Assembly: GCA_963783385.1 (NCBI GenBank)
Contig: CAWANJ010000006.1
Coordinates: 448,001-512,000, forward strand
From: an uncultured Gemmatimonadales bacterium
GTDB taxonomy: Bacteria; Gemmatimonadota; Gemmatimonadetes; Palauibacterales; Palauibacteraceae
DNA length: 64,000 nt
Direction: 5' to 3'
The position numbers and the translations under genes are program-made. The notes below the pieces were generated by a model. The model was not told where the DNA came from and made no database searches. It was given only the letters and a program-made list of their open reading frames with translations. This document shows positions 10,530-22,827 of the stretch, piece after piece. Each line of letters starts with the position of its first letter. Position 1 is the first letter of the stretch.

Positions 10530-12917
10530 ATGACGGACACCAATCGACAGGCGGGACGCGAACGCTCGGGCGGACGCGGACGGGCTCGGCGGCCGGCGGA
10601 TGCGTCGGCTCGAGCCCTGGGGATCGAGCGGCTCCGGGTGGGGCCGCTTCCGATCTGGGGATGGGCGCTGGTCACCGCGCTGGTGGTGTGGGCCCTGTAT
10701 CTCCTCACGCTGGCCCCGAGCACGGCCTTCTGGGACACCTCCGAGTACATCGCCACGGCCCACATCCTGGGCATCCCGCATCCGCCGGGTAACCCGTTCT
10801 TCGTGGTGGTCGGTCGCGTGTGGGACGCCGCCCTGTCGTGGACGGGGCTCCCCGTGGCCGTCCGCATCAACGCGATGAGTGCGAGCTTCTCGGCGGCCTC
10901 GGCCGCCTTCTTCTTCCTGACCCTGGTGCGCGTCTGGTCGCACTGGACCGAACGCAGGGGCGTCCTGGTCGTGGCGGCCGCGGTCAGCGTGTTCGTCGGC
11001 GCCACGGCGTTCACGGTGTGGTACCAGTCGAACGTGAACGCCAAGGTCTACACGGTCTCGCTGCTGTTCGTGGCCGTGCTCACCTACCTGGCTATCCTGT
11101 GGGAAGACGTCGCCGACACGCCGCGCGGCGATCGACTCGTCCTCCTGGTGGGCTTCCTGCTCGGACTCGGGGCCACCAACCATCCGATGTCGGAGCTCCC
11201 CGTCCTGGCGCTGTTCGTGTTCGTCCTCTGGCACCGGCCGCGCACGCTCCTGCGCTGGCGACTCCTGCTGCCCGGGATCGTGCTCGCCGGGATCGGCTTC
11301 TCGCTCCAGGTGTTCTTCGTGCCGATTCGCTCGGCGCAGAACCCGGTCATCAACGAGGCGAGTCCCCAGTGCAAGAGCCTGTGGAACGCCGCGTTCACGC
11401 CCGTCGACCTGATCCCGGGCCTGGACAAGGCCGTCCCCGAGTCCATGGTGTGCGAGTCCCTGAAGGATGCCCTCACGCGGCAGCAGTACGGGAAGCCCCC
11501 GATCACGGATCGCCAGGCGCCCTACAGCGCGCAGCTGGGCAACTACGTGCAGTACTTCGACTGGCAATGGGCCCGGGACCTGCCGTCCTGGGTCCGGAGC
11601 ATGTTCACCATGCTCTTCTTCCTGCTGGGGCTGTGGGGGCTCTGGCAGCACTGGAAGGGCGACCGGGACAGCTTCGTCTACTTCTTCACGCTGCTGATCA
11701 CGGTCGTGCCGCTGCTCGTCTTCTACCTGAACTTCAAGTACGGGTACTCCCAGCACCCGGAGATCACGGACTTCAACCTCCATGAGGTTCGCGAGCGCGA
11801 CTACTTCTTCATCGTGAGCTTCTACCTGTGGGGGATGTACGCCGGCACCGGCCTCGTCTCCCTCTGGAATCAGATCGCGGAGGAGCTGTCGGAGCGCTGG
11901 GGCGAGGTGACGCGGAGCTCGAGAGGAGGATCGGCGCTCCCGGCGCTCGGGAGGGCGCACCTGCAATCGGCGCCGCTCCTCCTGGTCGCCTTCCTGCCCC
12001 TCGTGCTGAACTGGGGTCGCGCCGACCGGACGGAGGACTATTCGGCCCGTGACTGGGCGTACAACCTCCTCCAGTCCGTGGAGCCCTACGGCGTGCTGTT
12101 CACCAACGGGGACAACGACACGTTCCCGCTATGGTACGTCCAGGAGGTGGAGGGCATCCGGCAGGACGTCACGGTCATCGTGCACTCCTACCTGGGCACC
12201 GACTGGTACCCCAAGCAGCTCCGGGACCTGACGCGGCCGTGCCCGGCGGGGGTCGACCCGAAGGCGGACCCGACCGTGATCGTATGCCAGCGGCCCTTCG
12301 ACACGGCCGATGCGGTCGAGCCCTACAAGGACATGACGATCACGCCGCCCCAGCGGTCGATTCTGGCGGTCGCGGACTCGGTCATCGAGAACCTGCCGCC
12401 CGGGCAGGTGGTCCAGCAGGCGCTGAACGTGCCGTTCTCCCAGCACGTGACGGCCCACCTGAGCGCGAACTCTGTGGTCACCCACGGCGACCTGCTCGTG
12501 TACCTGATGTCCCGGACGTCCCTGGGGGATCGGCCCGTGTACTTCGCCGCCACGGCGCCGCCCGTGTACGAGGCCTGGGGGCTGACGCCGCAGCTCCTGC
12601 GGCAGGGGCTGGCCTACAAGCTGGTGAACGGCATCCTCGAGCCCACGACGGACACCGTGCAGGTGAGCCGGCAGTTCGGTGTGCGCTGGCAGGATGTGAC
12701 CCGGAGCCGCCAGCTGCTCTGGGACGTGTTCAACGTGGACTACCTCCTGACCTGGGACCTGTGGCCCGAGCCCTCGACCCGGAGCAGCATTCCGACGCAG
12801 TACTACCTGGCCTACCTGGCGCAGGGGGACGCGGACCGGCTCCTGGACCTGCCCGACCGGTCACAGCAGAACATCGAGCGGGCCGACAAGTTCAGACGGC
12901 TGGCGGGGTTCCAGTAG
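10530..12917 (+). CDS. DUF2723/TMEM260-like multi-pass membrane glycosyltransferase (GT-C)
   Basis: LYLLTLAPSTAFWDTSEYIA..ILGIPHPPGNP, EVRERDYFF, LFTNGDNDTFPLWYVQEVEGIR. Confidence 0.85.
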   Translation: MTDTNRQAGRERSGGRGRARRPADASARALGIERLRVGPLPIWGWALVTALVVWALYLLTLAPSTAFWDTSEYIATAHILGIPHPPGNPFFVVVGRVWDAALSWTGLPVAVRINAMSASFSAASAAFFFLTLVRVWSHWTERRGVLVVAAAVSVFVGATAFTVWYQSNVNAKVYTVSLLFVAVLTYLAILWEDVADTPRGDRLVLLVGFLLGLGATNHPMSELPVLALFVFVLWHRPRTLLRWRLLLPGIVLAGIGFSLQVFFVPIRSAQNPVINEASPQCKSLWNAAFTPVDLIPGLDKAVPESMVCESLKDALTRQQYGKPPITDRQAPYSAQLGNYVQYFDWQWARDLPSWVRSMFTMLFFLLGLWGLWQHWKGDRDSFVYFFTLLITVVPLLVFYLNFKYGYSQHPEITDFNLHEVRERDYFFIVSFYLWGMYAGTGLVSLWNQIAEELSERWGEVTRSSRGGSALPALGRAHLQSAPLLLVAFLPLVLNWGRADRTEDYSARDWAYNLLQSVEPYGVLFTNGDNDTFPLWYVQEVEGIRQDVTVIVHSYLGTDWYPKQLRDLTRPCPAGVDPKADPTVIVCQRPFDTADAVEPYKDMTITPPQRSILAVADSVIENLPPGQVVQQALNVPFSQHVTAHLSANSVVTHGDLLVYLMSRTSLGDRPVYFAATAPPVYEAWGLTPQLLRQGLAYKLVNGILEPTTDTVQVSRQFGVRWQDVTRSRQLLWDVFNVDYLLTWDLWPEPSTRSSIPTQYYLAYLAQGDADRLLDLPDRSQQNIERADKFRRLAGFQ

Positions 12918-12954
12918 CCAGGCAGCGGGGAGGCCGGACGGGCCGGACGGGCTT

Positions 12955-13431
12955 CTAGGGCTTGAGGGTCGCCAGCAGCAGGACGATGAGCAGCAGCGCC
13001 CCGATCACCGAGCCCACGATAGCGTGTCGCTTCCGGTACTTCCGGAAGTCCCGCGTCCGCGCGCCGGCCTCCGCCGAGGCGCGCGCCTCCCGGGCCAGGC
13101 GTCCAGCCAGCGGCACCTGGTAGAGGATTCCCACCGCCACCGCCACGATCCCCAGCACCTGCATCTGGAACAGCCAGTGGTTCGGGAACGGCCGGAACCA
13201 CGGAAATCCTATGCCCATGTTCAGACCGATTCCGCCCACCAGCGTCAGGATCATGCCCGCAAAGCCGAGCGTGCGCGTGAGCCGGTCGGCCGCGCCGTAG
13301 GCGAAGGCGGCCACCTCGAGGTTCTCCTCCCTGGCGGCCGGACCCGTGATGAACGGGAGAGTGACCGCCAGCCCGACCCACAGGACGACGCCGAGCACGT
13401 GCAGGAACAGGAACAGGCCCGTCACCGTCAT
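12955..13431 (-). CDS. Integral membrane protein (DUF2269-like)
   Basis: LFLHVLGVVLWVG N-terminus, four TM helices, ...LATLKP C-terminus. Confidence 0.7.
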   Translation of the reverse strand: MTVTGLFLFLHVLGVVLWVGLAVTLPFITGPAAREENLEVAAFAYGAADRLTRTLGFAGMILTLVGGIGLNMGIGFPWFRPFPNHWLFQMQVLGIVAVAVGILYQVPLAGRLAREARASAEAGARTRDFRKYRKRHAIVGSVIGALLLIVLLLATLKP

Positions 13432-13468
13432 GGGATCCTCCGTTCGGGGGGCTTCATCGCCGGCGAAG

Positions 13469-16783
<3,315 letters not shown>

Positions 16784-16949
16784 CAGCAGGTCAGGGCGCG
16801 GCTACGGCTCGGTTCGATGGGTGTCCTCGGCTCCGGATATCTCGCCCCGTCACGTCGGGGCTGCGGCGCGCCAACATAACCCGGGGGCGCGAGCCGCGCA
16901 CGGTCCGGGCCGCACCGACGGGAGGAGCGTCCAGGAAGCGGGTGGGCCC

Positions 16950-17762
16950 CTACAGGTCGCGCCGGCGGAGGATGAGGTAGGCAGCCACGAGGAAGGCTGC
17001 GAGCCACGCGAAGGCGAGGGCGACGACCGTCCCGGTCGGAAGGACCGCGGCCGCGGAGGGCGGCCCGCTCGGGCTGGCGTGGGCCAGGGTCGGGTAGTAG
17101 CGCGCCGGCCGGTGGAGGGCGCCGAACACGGCGCTGGGCAGGTAGCGGGGCACGACGTGCAGGATGCTGTCCAGCTTCGACAGGCCGTCGCCCACGATCT
17201 GTTCGAGGAGCAGGTACAGGAAGAACACGCCGATCGCCACGCCCGAGCGCCGCAGGGCGACGCCGATCAGGAACGCGAGGCCGGCGTAGCCGGTCAGGTC
17301 GAGGAGCGAGCCGGCCATGAGGCGCGCGTCGTTCCAGCGAACCAGCGTCGCCGAACCGATCGACGTGTAGGGGAGCGCGAAAGCCCCTCCCACGACGACG
17401 GCCGTCACGAAGAACAGCAGCACGGTGGCCAGGAGGACCAGCGTCTTGGCGACGTAGAATTCGTCCCTGGACAGCCCCGCCACGAAATGCTGGCGAAGCG
17501 TGCCCCATCGGAACTCGTTCGTGACGGACAGGATCACGGTCACCGAGATGAAGAGCACCAGCACGGCGCTCGCCCCGGCCACGATTCGCGGCCAGCCCAT
17601 GGGAAGCGACAGGGGCTGCGCATTCGGGTTCCGGGCCAGCACGTGGGCCGTCCCCCCGACGGCGATCGCGATGAGGCCCGCCAGGCCGACGAGCGCGATC
17701 CAGAACGCCCGGTCGTGACGCACCTTGATGGCCTCGTTGCGGACCAGCGTCCCGAGCCTCAC
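16950..17762 (-). CDS. ABC-2 transporter permease
   Basis: LVRNEAIKVR, VTNEFRWGTLRQHF, LRRRDL end; six TM. Confidence 0.85.
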   Translation of the reverse strand: MRLGTLVRNEAIKVRHDRAFWIALVGLAGLIAIAVGGTAHVLARNPNAQPLSLPMGWPRIVAGASAVLVLFISVTVILSVTNEFRWGTLRQHFVAGLSRDEFYVAKTLVLLATVLLFFVTAVVVGGAFALPYTSIGSATLVRWNDARLMAGSLLDLTGYAGLAFLIGVALRRSGVAIGVFFLYLLLEQIVGDGLSKLDSILHVVPRYLPSAVFGALHRPARYYPTLAHASPSGPPSAAAVLPTGTVVALAFAWLAAFLVAAYLILRRRDL

Positions 17763-18706
17763 GGGGCTTCCTCCCCGGCCGCGTCTCCGGCCTGGCCGTC
17801 CCCAACCTCCTCCGCGGAGCGCGTGAGGCCGATGAAGGCCTCCTCCAGCGTGGAGCGATGCGGGGTCAGCACGGAGACGTAGATGCCGCGACCGGCCAGG
17901 TAGCGGTTCAGCGCGCCGGGATCGTCGCTCCTGAGCCGCACGATCACTCCGTCTCCCCGGACCTCGGCCGACTCCGCGTCCGGGTACTCCAGGGCGGCGG
18001 CCCGCAGCGCCTCGGAATCGCCCGCGACGATCCGCACGGCGACGCCGGAGGCGAGGAGGTCGTCCATGGCGGCCTGCCGCACGATGCGGCCGTGCCGGAC
18101 GATGGCCGCGTGCGTGCAGCTGCGCTCGACCTCATGGAGCAGGTGACTGGAGAGGAAGATGGTCTTGCCTCCCGCCGCCAGCGACGCGAGCAGGTCGCGG
18201 ACCTCCTGCATCCCCTCCGGATCGAGGCCGTTCATGGGCTCGTCCAGGACGACGAGCTCCGGGTCCCCGAGCAGGGCGGCGGCGATGGCCAGGCGTTGCT
18301 TCATGCCCAGCGAGTAGGCGCCGAACCGGTCCCGCCGCCGCTCGAACAGGCCGACGTTCCGGAGCGCCCGCTCGATGGCCGGCCCCTCGACGCCCCGGAG
18401 GTTGGCGACGATGCGCAGGTTGTCGTGGCCGCTCAGGAAGGGATAGAAGCTGGGGATGTCGAGCGTGGCGCCGATGCGCTGACGGGCGGCGTGCAGTCCG
18501 CGCCGACCCGTGAGCCCGAACATGCTCAGCTCGCCGGCGCTCGGCCTGATGAGCCCGAGCAGCATGGCGATCGTGGTGGTCTTGCCGCTGCCGTTCGGGC
18601 CCAGGAACCCGAACACCTGCCCCACCTCGACCTCGAGGCTGAGGTCGTCCACGGCGACCGTCTTGCCGAACCGCTTGGTCAGACCGCGCGTGGCGATGAC
18701 GGGCAT
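17759..18706 (-). CDS. ABC transporter ATP-binding protein (BcrA-like)
   Basis: GPNGSGKTT, YSLGMKQRL, VLDEPMNGLDP; start MPVIATRGL. Confidence 0.92.
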   Translation of the reverse strand: MPVIATRGLTKRFGKTVAVDDLSLEVEVGQVFGFLGPNGSGKTTTIAMLLGLIRPSAGELSMFGLTGRRGLHAARQRIGATLDIPSFYPFLSGHDNLRIVANLRGVEGPAIERALRNVGLFERRRDRFGAYSLGMKQRLAIAAALLGDPELVVLDEPMNGLDPEGMQEVRDLLASLAAGGKTIFLSSHLLHEVERSCTHAAIVRHGRIVRQAAMDDLLASGVAVRIVAGDSEALRAAALEYPDAESAEVRGDGVIVRLRSDDPGALNRYLAGRGIYVSVLTPHRSTLEEAFIGLTRSAEEVGDGQAGDAAGEEAP

Positions 18707-18870
18707 GGGGGCTCCGGGTGGGGGGCCGGCTCCGGGTTCGAACCGGCCCGAATCTACGCCGGGCGAACCCTCACCGCACGCCGTCTTCGAGATCCATTCT
18801 CGCTCTCGATCACGGGCGATGGCCGGACCCCAGTCCGGGTGAGTCGCCGTGCTCCGGCTCCGTCGCCCGA

Positions 18871-19527
18871 CTACCGGTACCAGCCCCCGATGGGCCACGC
18901 CACGGCGTCGCGCTGAAGCGCCGGATCGGCCGGCATCGCGAGGAGGAAGAAGGCGTCACGCTCGCGCCAGTCGGCAGGCTTGTCCGGAAACACCCCGTCG
19001 ATGATGAACCGGCCTGGATCGTCGACGCCGATAGTGGCCGAGATGGCCCGGGCGGCCGGAAGGATGTCGTCCGGTCCGGCGAGGGCCTTCGCTCCGAAGA
19101 AGCTCGGAGGCGGTAGCAGACCCTTCCCGGACAGGTAGAGAGCCCCGGTCCCCTCCGTCCGGGTGGCGAAGACCGAGGACCGAAAGCGTCCGAGCACCTT
19201 CCCCGCCCGCAGTCGGAAGACGTAGAGGACGACCCGTACGGGCCGCCTGCACTCGCACCGCAGCACGAGCGCCCCATCCAGGAGTTCGTGGAGGGGGATC
19301 CCGCGGGCTCCGCTCTTCGCGAGCAGCATGTCCGCGCGCCGCGGGTCGAGCTCCATGCGGGTCACGACGGGCGGCGAAGGATCGGACCGGACCACACCGG
19401 CCCGGACCCGCGTGGGCGCGGGTGCCTCCCCTGTCCCTGTGCCGGGAGGCGCGGGAGGGGACACGGCGAGCGACAGCGCCGCGATCAGCGGCGACAGGGC
19501 CGTGACCAGAAGCGCTCGTCCCATCAC
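18871..19527 (-). CDS. Secreted hypothetical protein homologous to the C-terminal domain of the OmpA protein
   Basis: Signal-like MGRALLVTALSPLIAALSLA; GTGA overlap with upstream gene; by-eye alignment given in findings. Confidence 0.7.
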   Translation of the reverse strand: MMGRALLVTALSPLIAALSLAVSPPAPPGTGTGEAPAPTRVRAGVVRSDPSPPVVTRMELDPRRADMLLAKSGARGIPLHELLDGALVLRCECRRPVRVVLYVFRLRAGKVLGRFRSSVFATRTEGTGALYLSGKGLLPPPSFFGAKALAGPDDILPAARAISATIGVDDPGRFIIDGVFPDKPADWRERDAFFLLAMPADPALQRDAVAWPIGGWYR

Positions 19528-20801
19528 GACGCCCCTCCCTCCTGAGCCTTCTCGAGCTGCTTCATCCACTCGGGCTCAGGCGGGCCGGCGTTCACCTTCA
19601 TGTCGTGCACGACGGTCTCGACCGTGAACGCGCCGGAGCTCATGGCGGAGCCGAGCGCCGCCTGGCCCTTCTCGAAGTCGGCTTTCCCATCGTGGGTCTC
19701 CATGGCCTGCTGCGACTGGCGCAGCATGGCCATCTGCTGACGGATCATCGGCTCCACCCGGGCCCGCTGCTCCGGGGGCATCTTGTCGAGCTGCTCCTGG
19801 AGCTGCTTCATCTGCTTCTCGAAGGCCTCGGACTGGGCGCTCCTCTGGGCCTGCGTAGGCTGACGACCGGCAGCCTCCTCGCCCTGCTGCCGGGCGGCGT
19901 CGATCTCGTGGCCGTGGGCGGCTTGGATCTGCTCCATGAGGCCTCCCACCTCGATCACGGTGTGGAACGGCCGGAGCATGCCATCCACCTCGCGGTAGTC
20001 GCCATAGCGGACCACCATGCGGATCTCGTGGTCTCCGTCGGAGTGGACGACCCCCGCGAACTCGTCCCGCAGGCTCACGTGGCGGTCGGTGTCGATGAGG
20101 AGCCTGGCCGAGGTGGGCGTGAAGTCTTCCATGCCTCCCTCGCCATTCGTGAGGTCGAGTCCCTCGAAGTCGCGGATCTCCAGGACCCAGGCCCGGTGGC
20201 CGTCCACCTCCTCCGTGCCGGTGACCGTGGCGCGCGCGGCCATGGCCCGCATGAGCTCCGGATCCGGGGTGGCCAGGGTCTGGCTGCTCTCGGCGAGCTG
20301 GCTCCCCAGCTTCCCCATTCCGCCCTGCAGGAGCTTTCCCTGGAGGCCGGCGGCCGGATTTCCCATCCCCCCCATGCCGCCCTGGCCCCCTCCCCCGCCG
20401 CGGCTGGTGGCGGGGTTCCGGGAGGGGTCGATGCCCCTCTCCTGCATGAGCCGCCGGATGTACTCGGACTCCGGCACGGATACGAAGGCCTTGCGGCCGT
20501 CGACCGTGCGGTTCTCGTAGTAGAGCTTGGAGCGGGCGCCGTTCTGCTCCTCGTCGACCCAGTAGTTCCGGACGTGGTCGAGCTCGGCCTCCTGGCGCCG
20601 GATCATCGCCTCGACGATCTCGGACGCCGAAGGCGTCTGGGCGGCGGCCGGAGCGGGGCCCAGGACCGTCGACGCGAAGAGGCCGAAGACGCCCAGGAAG
20701 AGGGCGCGGGCCGGGAGTCGGGCCGAGAGACGACGCCGGCCGTCCGCAGCAGGGATCGAGTGTCGCAGCGGCAGCGGTTCGCGTGCTTTCGGGAAGGCCA
20801 T
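19524..20801 (-). CDS. Secreted protein with LolA-like/DUF4412-like beta region and Gln/Met-rich helical insert
   Basis: Signal ending AAAQ; TGTEEVDGHRAWVL, YGDYREVDGMLRP, EKQMKQLQEQLDKMPPEQRARVE. Confidence 0.7.
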   Translation of the reverse strand: MAFPKAREPLPLRHSIPAADGRRRLSARLPARALFLGVFGLFASTVLGPAPAAAQTPSASEIVEAMIRRQEAELDHVRNYWVDEEQNGARSKLYYENRTVDGRKAFVSVPESEYIRRLMQERGIDPSRNPATSRGGGGGQGGMGGMGNPAAGLQGKLLQGGMGKLGSQLAESSQTLATPDPELMRAMAARATVTGTEEVDGHRAWVLEIRDFEGLDLTNGEGGMEDFTPTSARLLIDTDRHVSLRDEFAGVVHSDGDHEIRMVVRYGDYREVDGMLRPFHTVIEVGGLMEQIQAAHGHEIDAARQQGEEAAGRQPTQAQRSAQSEAFEKQMKQLQEQLDKMPPEQRARVEPMIRQQMAMLRQSQQAMETHDGKADFEKGQAALGSAMSSGAFTVETVVHDMKVNAGPPEPEWMKQLEKAQEGGAS

Positions 20802-20813
20802 TGAGTCCCCCAC

Positions 20814-21266
20814 TCAGAAGTACTGGTTGAGGTCGCTGAGGTCCATCGGTTTGGCCCTCTCGACGGTCCACCGGTACTCATCCGGGTAGTAGAAGTGACT
20901 GGTCGACAGAAGGCGGCGATGGGAGTCGAACTTCTTCACGATGAATCGATACTGGCGCCTGACGCTGCAACTCGCGGTCAGGTTGTACGTCCAGGACTTC
21001 GTCTGCCCCGGCTGGATCCATACGGACAGTCCAAGCTTCTTCCACCAGCCACCGTGGATTCGCACCTGGCTGTCGCGGGAGATGGCGACCTGGCGCGAAC
21101 CGCCGTCATGAACTCTAAACGTCACGACACAGCCCATGTCGGCCGTGGGCCGCGTGGAAACCTCGAACTGCACGTCGGGGGCGGCCCGGATCGGGCTGGG
21201 ACCGCCGCCGCCCGGGAGCGGCAGCGCCAGGGCGGTGAGCGCCAGGGTGCTCGTCCATCGGATCAT
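20814..21266 (-). CDS. Small secreted hypothetical protein (~150 aa, 2 Cys)
   Basis: AAGGAGG RBS then MIRWTSTLALTALAL...; appears fused in the ORF track only because of the upstream frameshift. Confidence 0.8.
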   Translation of the reverse strand: MIRWTSTLALTALALPLPGGGGPSPIRAAPDVQFEVSTRPTADMGCVVTFRVHDGGSRQVAISRDSQVRIHGGWWKKLGLSVWIQPGQTKSWTYNLTASCSVRRQYRFIVKKFDSHRRLLSTSHFYYPDEYRWTVERAKPMDLSDLNQYF

Positions 21267-21322
21267 CACATCCTCCTTCGGTGCCTGAGGAACGGGTCGG
21301 ACTTGCTCGAGCCGCGTAGCGC

Positions 21323-22709
21323 TCAGGAGCCCTTCGGAACGGCCTCGAACGTCACGTCGAAGCGCAGGTCTTCGATGACCCGGCGGTGGTTTTCGGGACG
21401 GAGCTCGAGGCTCCACCCGGTGCCGGCGAGCTTGCCGCGAAGCGCCCCGCCGCCGGCCGCCCGGAGCTCCAGCGTCCCGCTCTCGAGGACGGCGACGCGG
21501 TGGACGGCTCCGTGCGCGGGGTCGACGACCAGATAGAGGACGGTCGCCGGGGCCGGGATCGGTCGATCCGGGCGCCGCGCTCGGCGGAACGGCTTCGATG
21601 GGCAAGGTGCCGCCGCTCGAGGCATCGGCCGGCAGGCCGACCACCAGGCACTCGGTCACCTTGCCGATGCTCCCCATGACGAGGCGCTTGCGGCCGTCCT
21701 CCCCGGGGCCGGCCGGGGCGAAGGCGCTCCCGGACGCGGTCATCGACATCGGCCCCGAGGTCTTCAGCTCGAACGAGCCGCCCTCGCCGTCGAGTCCCTG
21801 CGTGCAGGCCCGCTCGGACCCGTACAGGCCCTGCTGCACCAGCTCGGAGCGTCGCTCCGAGAGACGGGGAAGCCCTTGGTATGCCTCCGCCGAGGGCGCC
21901 GAGCCGTCGGACGCGATCGAGTCCACGGTGATCGTCCGGGTCAGGTAGCCCCCGCCGTAGGGTGCGCTCGCGGCCGCGCCTCCGGTGACCACCAGGGAGT
22001 CCCACACCTCGGCCCGGAGCAGGAGACCGAGCTTCTCCAACCGGGGGCCCAGAGCGAGCGCCACGCGGCTGGTCACCCCGGGCATCCACTCCGAGAGTGG
22101 CACGGCCTCGGGACTCTCGCGGGGCGTGGCCGCCACCGGCAGCCATGAGAAAGGCAGGTCGCCGGCGAAGTACAGGTCGGAGCGGCCGGTCGCGCGGAAG
22201 GGGACCGCCGCGCCGGACCCGTCCTCGCTCCTCCACCAGCTCTCCACCTGCACCACCGCGTGGCGGGTGGCGTGACCCTCGATGGACGGGCCGGCGCCGG
22301 CGTCGGCGAGGTCGAAGCGGAGCGAGTCGAGGATGGCCTGGCCGGAGTCGGCGACGGGCGACCAGGTCCGGTAGCCGGCGGCGTTGTCGGGGGCGACTCG
22401 CCAGGCCTCCGCCAGGTAGGCGGGCCGACCCGCGAACGACACGGCCGTGGCCGGAGCGCCGCCCACGGCGGCCCCGTCGAGCAGCTGCGTCTCCCCGGTC
22501 GCCGTGCGCATCGCTCCCAGCTCGGGGCCTGTCACGCCCCACCACGTCTCCCGGCCGCCGCCCTGCTCGAGGTGCATCCGGTAGGCGAGGGCGCTCGCCT
22601 GCGAGGCGGGCGCCCGGGAGCAGGCCGTTCCGGCCCCCGTGAGGAGGATCGCCGCGGCCAGGACGCGGGCGACGGGGAGGCCGCGGTCCGCGAGCTTTCG
22701 CATTGTCAT
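21323..22709 (-). CDS. Hypothetical lipoprotein, frameshift near 21560
   Basis: Lipobox AGTAC; reading continues in the 21323..21625 frame (TVLYLVVDP...FDVTFEAVPKGS). Confidence 0.7.
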
Positions 22710-22710
22710 C

Positions 22711-22826
22711 TCAGCGGCTCCCGTTCAGGATGAAGGCGACCGGGAGAGGGAGCCCCGCGCGGAGCCGATCGCGCGCCGCGCCAGTCCCACGCGCCGGTTC
22801 TGCGGGCCACCTTCCGCACCGCCCAC
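22711..22826 (-). pseudogene. Collapsed relic of a paralog of the OmpA-fusion gene
   Basis: Encodes AEGGPQNRRVGLAR (cf. PEGRQQNRRVELVR) and, in another frame, LPVAFILNGSR* (cf. LPVAFIMNGGR*). Confidence 0.6.
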
Positions 22827-22827
22827 C

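Noticed and set aside
18715-18760. GGTTCGAACC T-loop-like sequence suggesting a tRNA or att site
   Set aside because: No matching acceptor stem, D-arm or anticodon arm; better explained as a simple GC hairpin upstream of the ABC gene
20814-22709. 631-aa single ORF
   Set aside because: Two genes joined by a frameshift; the second has its own RBS and signal peptide
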